Assembly: GCF_009914755.1 (NCBI RefSeq)
Contig: NC_060947.1
Strand: one strand, 5' to 3'
DNA from: the human T2T-CHM13v2.0 reference genome, Homo sapiens
Length of the DNA stretch: 64,000 nucleotides
Positions 62,053 through 64,000 of this stretch are shown piece after piece (position 1 is the first letter of the stretch; every line of letters begins with the position of its first letter). The notes beneath the pieces are model-generated. The model was given only the letters and a program-made list of their open reading frames with translations. It did no database searches and was not told where the DNA came from. Position numbers and translations under genes: made by a program.

Positions 62053-63860
62053 ATCTCCTATCTGCTACAGGAGAAAAAAATCCAATGAATGTGACCATTG
62101 TTTAGAAATGTCACCTATACTTTAAGGTAAATTGTTTGATTAAAATGATTTGATATTACTTTTAGAGAGGTTTGAGGCTAGAGTTGGATCAAAGTGATCA
62201 GGTTGTGATGAAATCTTCCAGGTTGGATGCTTTGGGTTAAGCTACACTTTGGTTTGTCGAAGCGCACTTTCCAGTACGCTTACCATGTTATGACTTATTA
62301 GTCTTGGAACTAATTCCCCATAGGGGATCACGGTATTGCTTCTTAGCATTTTTAGAGAATTGTAGTTAGTCACTAAATATTTCTTTAATTGAATTTAATA
62401 AAGGTGGTTTACATTCCAATATGAAATTATCTAGGAATGATAACTAACAATATTTTAAATACTGAACTTATTTTATATCCATAGAGTTCAGATGTTTAAT
62501 ATCTTATGTAGAAAAAATGAAAGGTAATGTTATATTTGGTGTGATTTTTAATAATTATGAATGAAAAAATCTTACATTTTTTTAGAAATGTCATTTCTAA
62601 TTGTGCAAAATCTCGTGATTTTACAAATAATCAGTGTAGATGTCCTTATTTGTCACTGGACAAATGGGTCTTACTCTATTGATTATTAAACTAAACCTTA
62701 TTGAAAGTGAAGTAAATATCAGAAACTTTTCTGAATTAAAATTAATTTTAGAAGCTTTCCAGCAATCCATGATTATTCTTCCTTTAATTTTGGACAACAT
62801 CATTACAACACACTGCACTTTTTAAGAACTTTCATTAACTGATGCATGTTATGCCATTTCAATATTGATCTATTGAAAAAGATATTCATTTTTTTCCATG
62901 TTACAGTGTCAGAAATAAGCCTTTTATTTAATATTTCAGGGAGCCAAAACTAGAATTAATATCCCATATCTATGTAAATACCAAATTAGGTCACATTGAT
63001 ATAACTAAAGCACTAAACAAATGATCTCAGCAGCAAAATGTCATATTCAGGGCTCTTGGGTGGTCCTAATTAATCAGCTTTCCCAGGTGTGACATTTCCC
63101 CTTCAGTCTGAATTATGTCCAAGATGAGTCTTAGGCACTATCTGATGCTCAAGCAGTTTATTCTGGCAGTGCTCTTACAAGACAGAGAGTGGGAACAGGC
63201 TAGTATCATAAACCAGATACAGTCAGGGAGTCAAATGACCTATTATTTATGAAATTTCCATCTGGGGACCAATCTCAAAGTGTGGGAGAGTTTTCTCCCT
63301 TTCTTATACCTGTATACTCAGTCCAGGTCAGTTACCAGATGTTTTGTTCATAAAGGGAGCTTAAGCTATTCTTGTAAAACTGAGCTTTGTTTTAAGGTTT
63401 ATGAGAATTGTAAGTATGCTGAAGTGGTCTCTCCTGGAAATCCCTGGGCCAGGGATGAAAATCCCCAGTCCAAATTTCATCATAATGTGAGATGTGTGAG
63501 TGGACCTTATGGCTATCATTAATCTTACAGCCAGAAAATGTCTCTTATACTATATACACATAGCATATAATATCATTATAAGAATTGAAAACTAAGAAAT
63601 AGAAAACCTTTAACATTAGGCTTAACATTATTATCTGCAATGAAGAATTAATATTAGAGGAAACTTTTCCATTAGTGGTTTGAGAATTTTAAAGAAATGT
63701 ATGATTAGGAATTAAGTAGTTACCATTCTTTACTATAATTCTGAATATCTAAGAAAGAAACCAAGTCAATAATAAGAATAAAATGGAAATGTGCTAAATT
63801 AGCTAAATACAGAAGTACATGTGGAATTGAATGGCAAGTGAGAACTTAGTGCAGATTGCT

Positions 63861-63898
63861 AAAAAAAAAAAAAAGAAAGAAAGAAAGAAAAGAAAAAC
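63861..63898. repeat. A(n)/(AAAG)n simple repeat
   Basis: Read directly. Confidence 0.9.
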
Positions 63899-64000
63899 AG
63901 GAGCATTAGAAAACAGTATGCATTCCTGTGCTGGGATACAACTTTGAATGCTATGATAAGGCAAAGGGAACAGCAGTACTTCTGTTCCACACTGAATTCA

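Noticed and set aside
63967-63988. 22-bp quasi-palindrome ggaacagcagtacttctgttcc
   Set aside because: Single short imperfect palindrome without supporting context

Overview
AT-rich, repeat-dense primate (human-like) genomic DNA with no recognisable protein-coding gene. Nearly all ORFs in the track are chance frames in Alu, L1, MaLR or ERV sequence. Main landmarks: ten AluS-type SINEs; many L1 pieces, including a twin-primed 5'-inverted L1PB and two large antisense L1M elements with 5' UTRs; a ~7.5 kb minus-strand LTR9/HUERS-P3-type provirus (ATAT TSD, tRNA-Pro PBS, frameshifted env TM/tail remnant, embedded LTR8 fragment); one complete and one truncated THE1 element; MER5A, MER6, MER119 and MER2 DNA transposons; and a U1 snRNA retropseudogene. 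Unexplained structure includes a near-perfect 160-bp tandem duplication, several short locally templated insertions and fold-backs, and candidate spliced exons in the less repetitive 29-39 kb block. I found no convincing novel biological system. Repeat subfamily names come from recalled consensus sequences and need RepeatMasker/Dfam confirmation; boundaries of old repeats are approximate.
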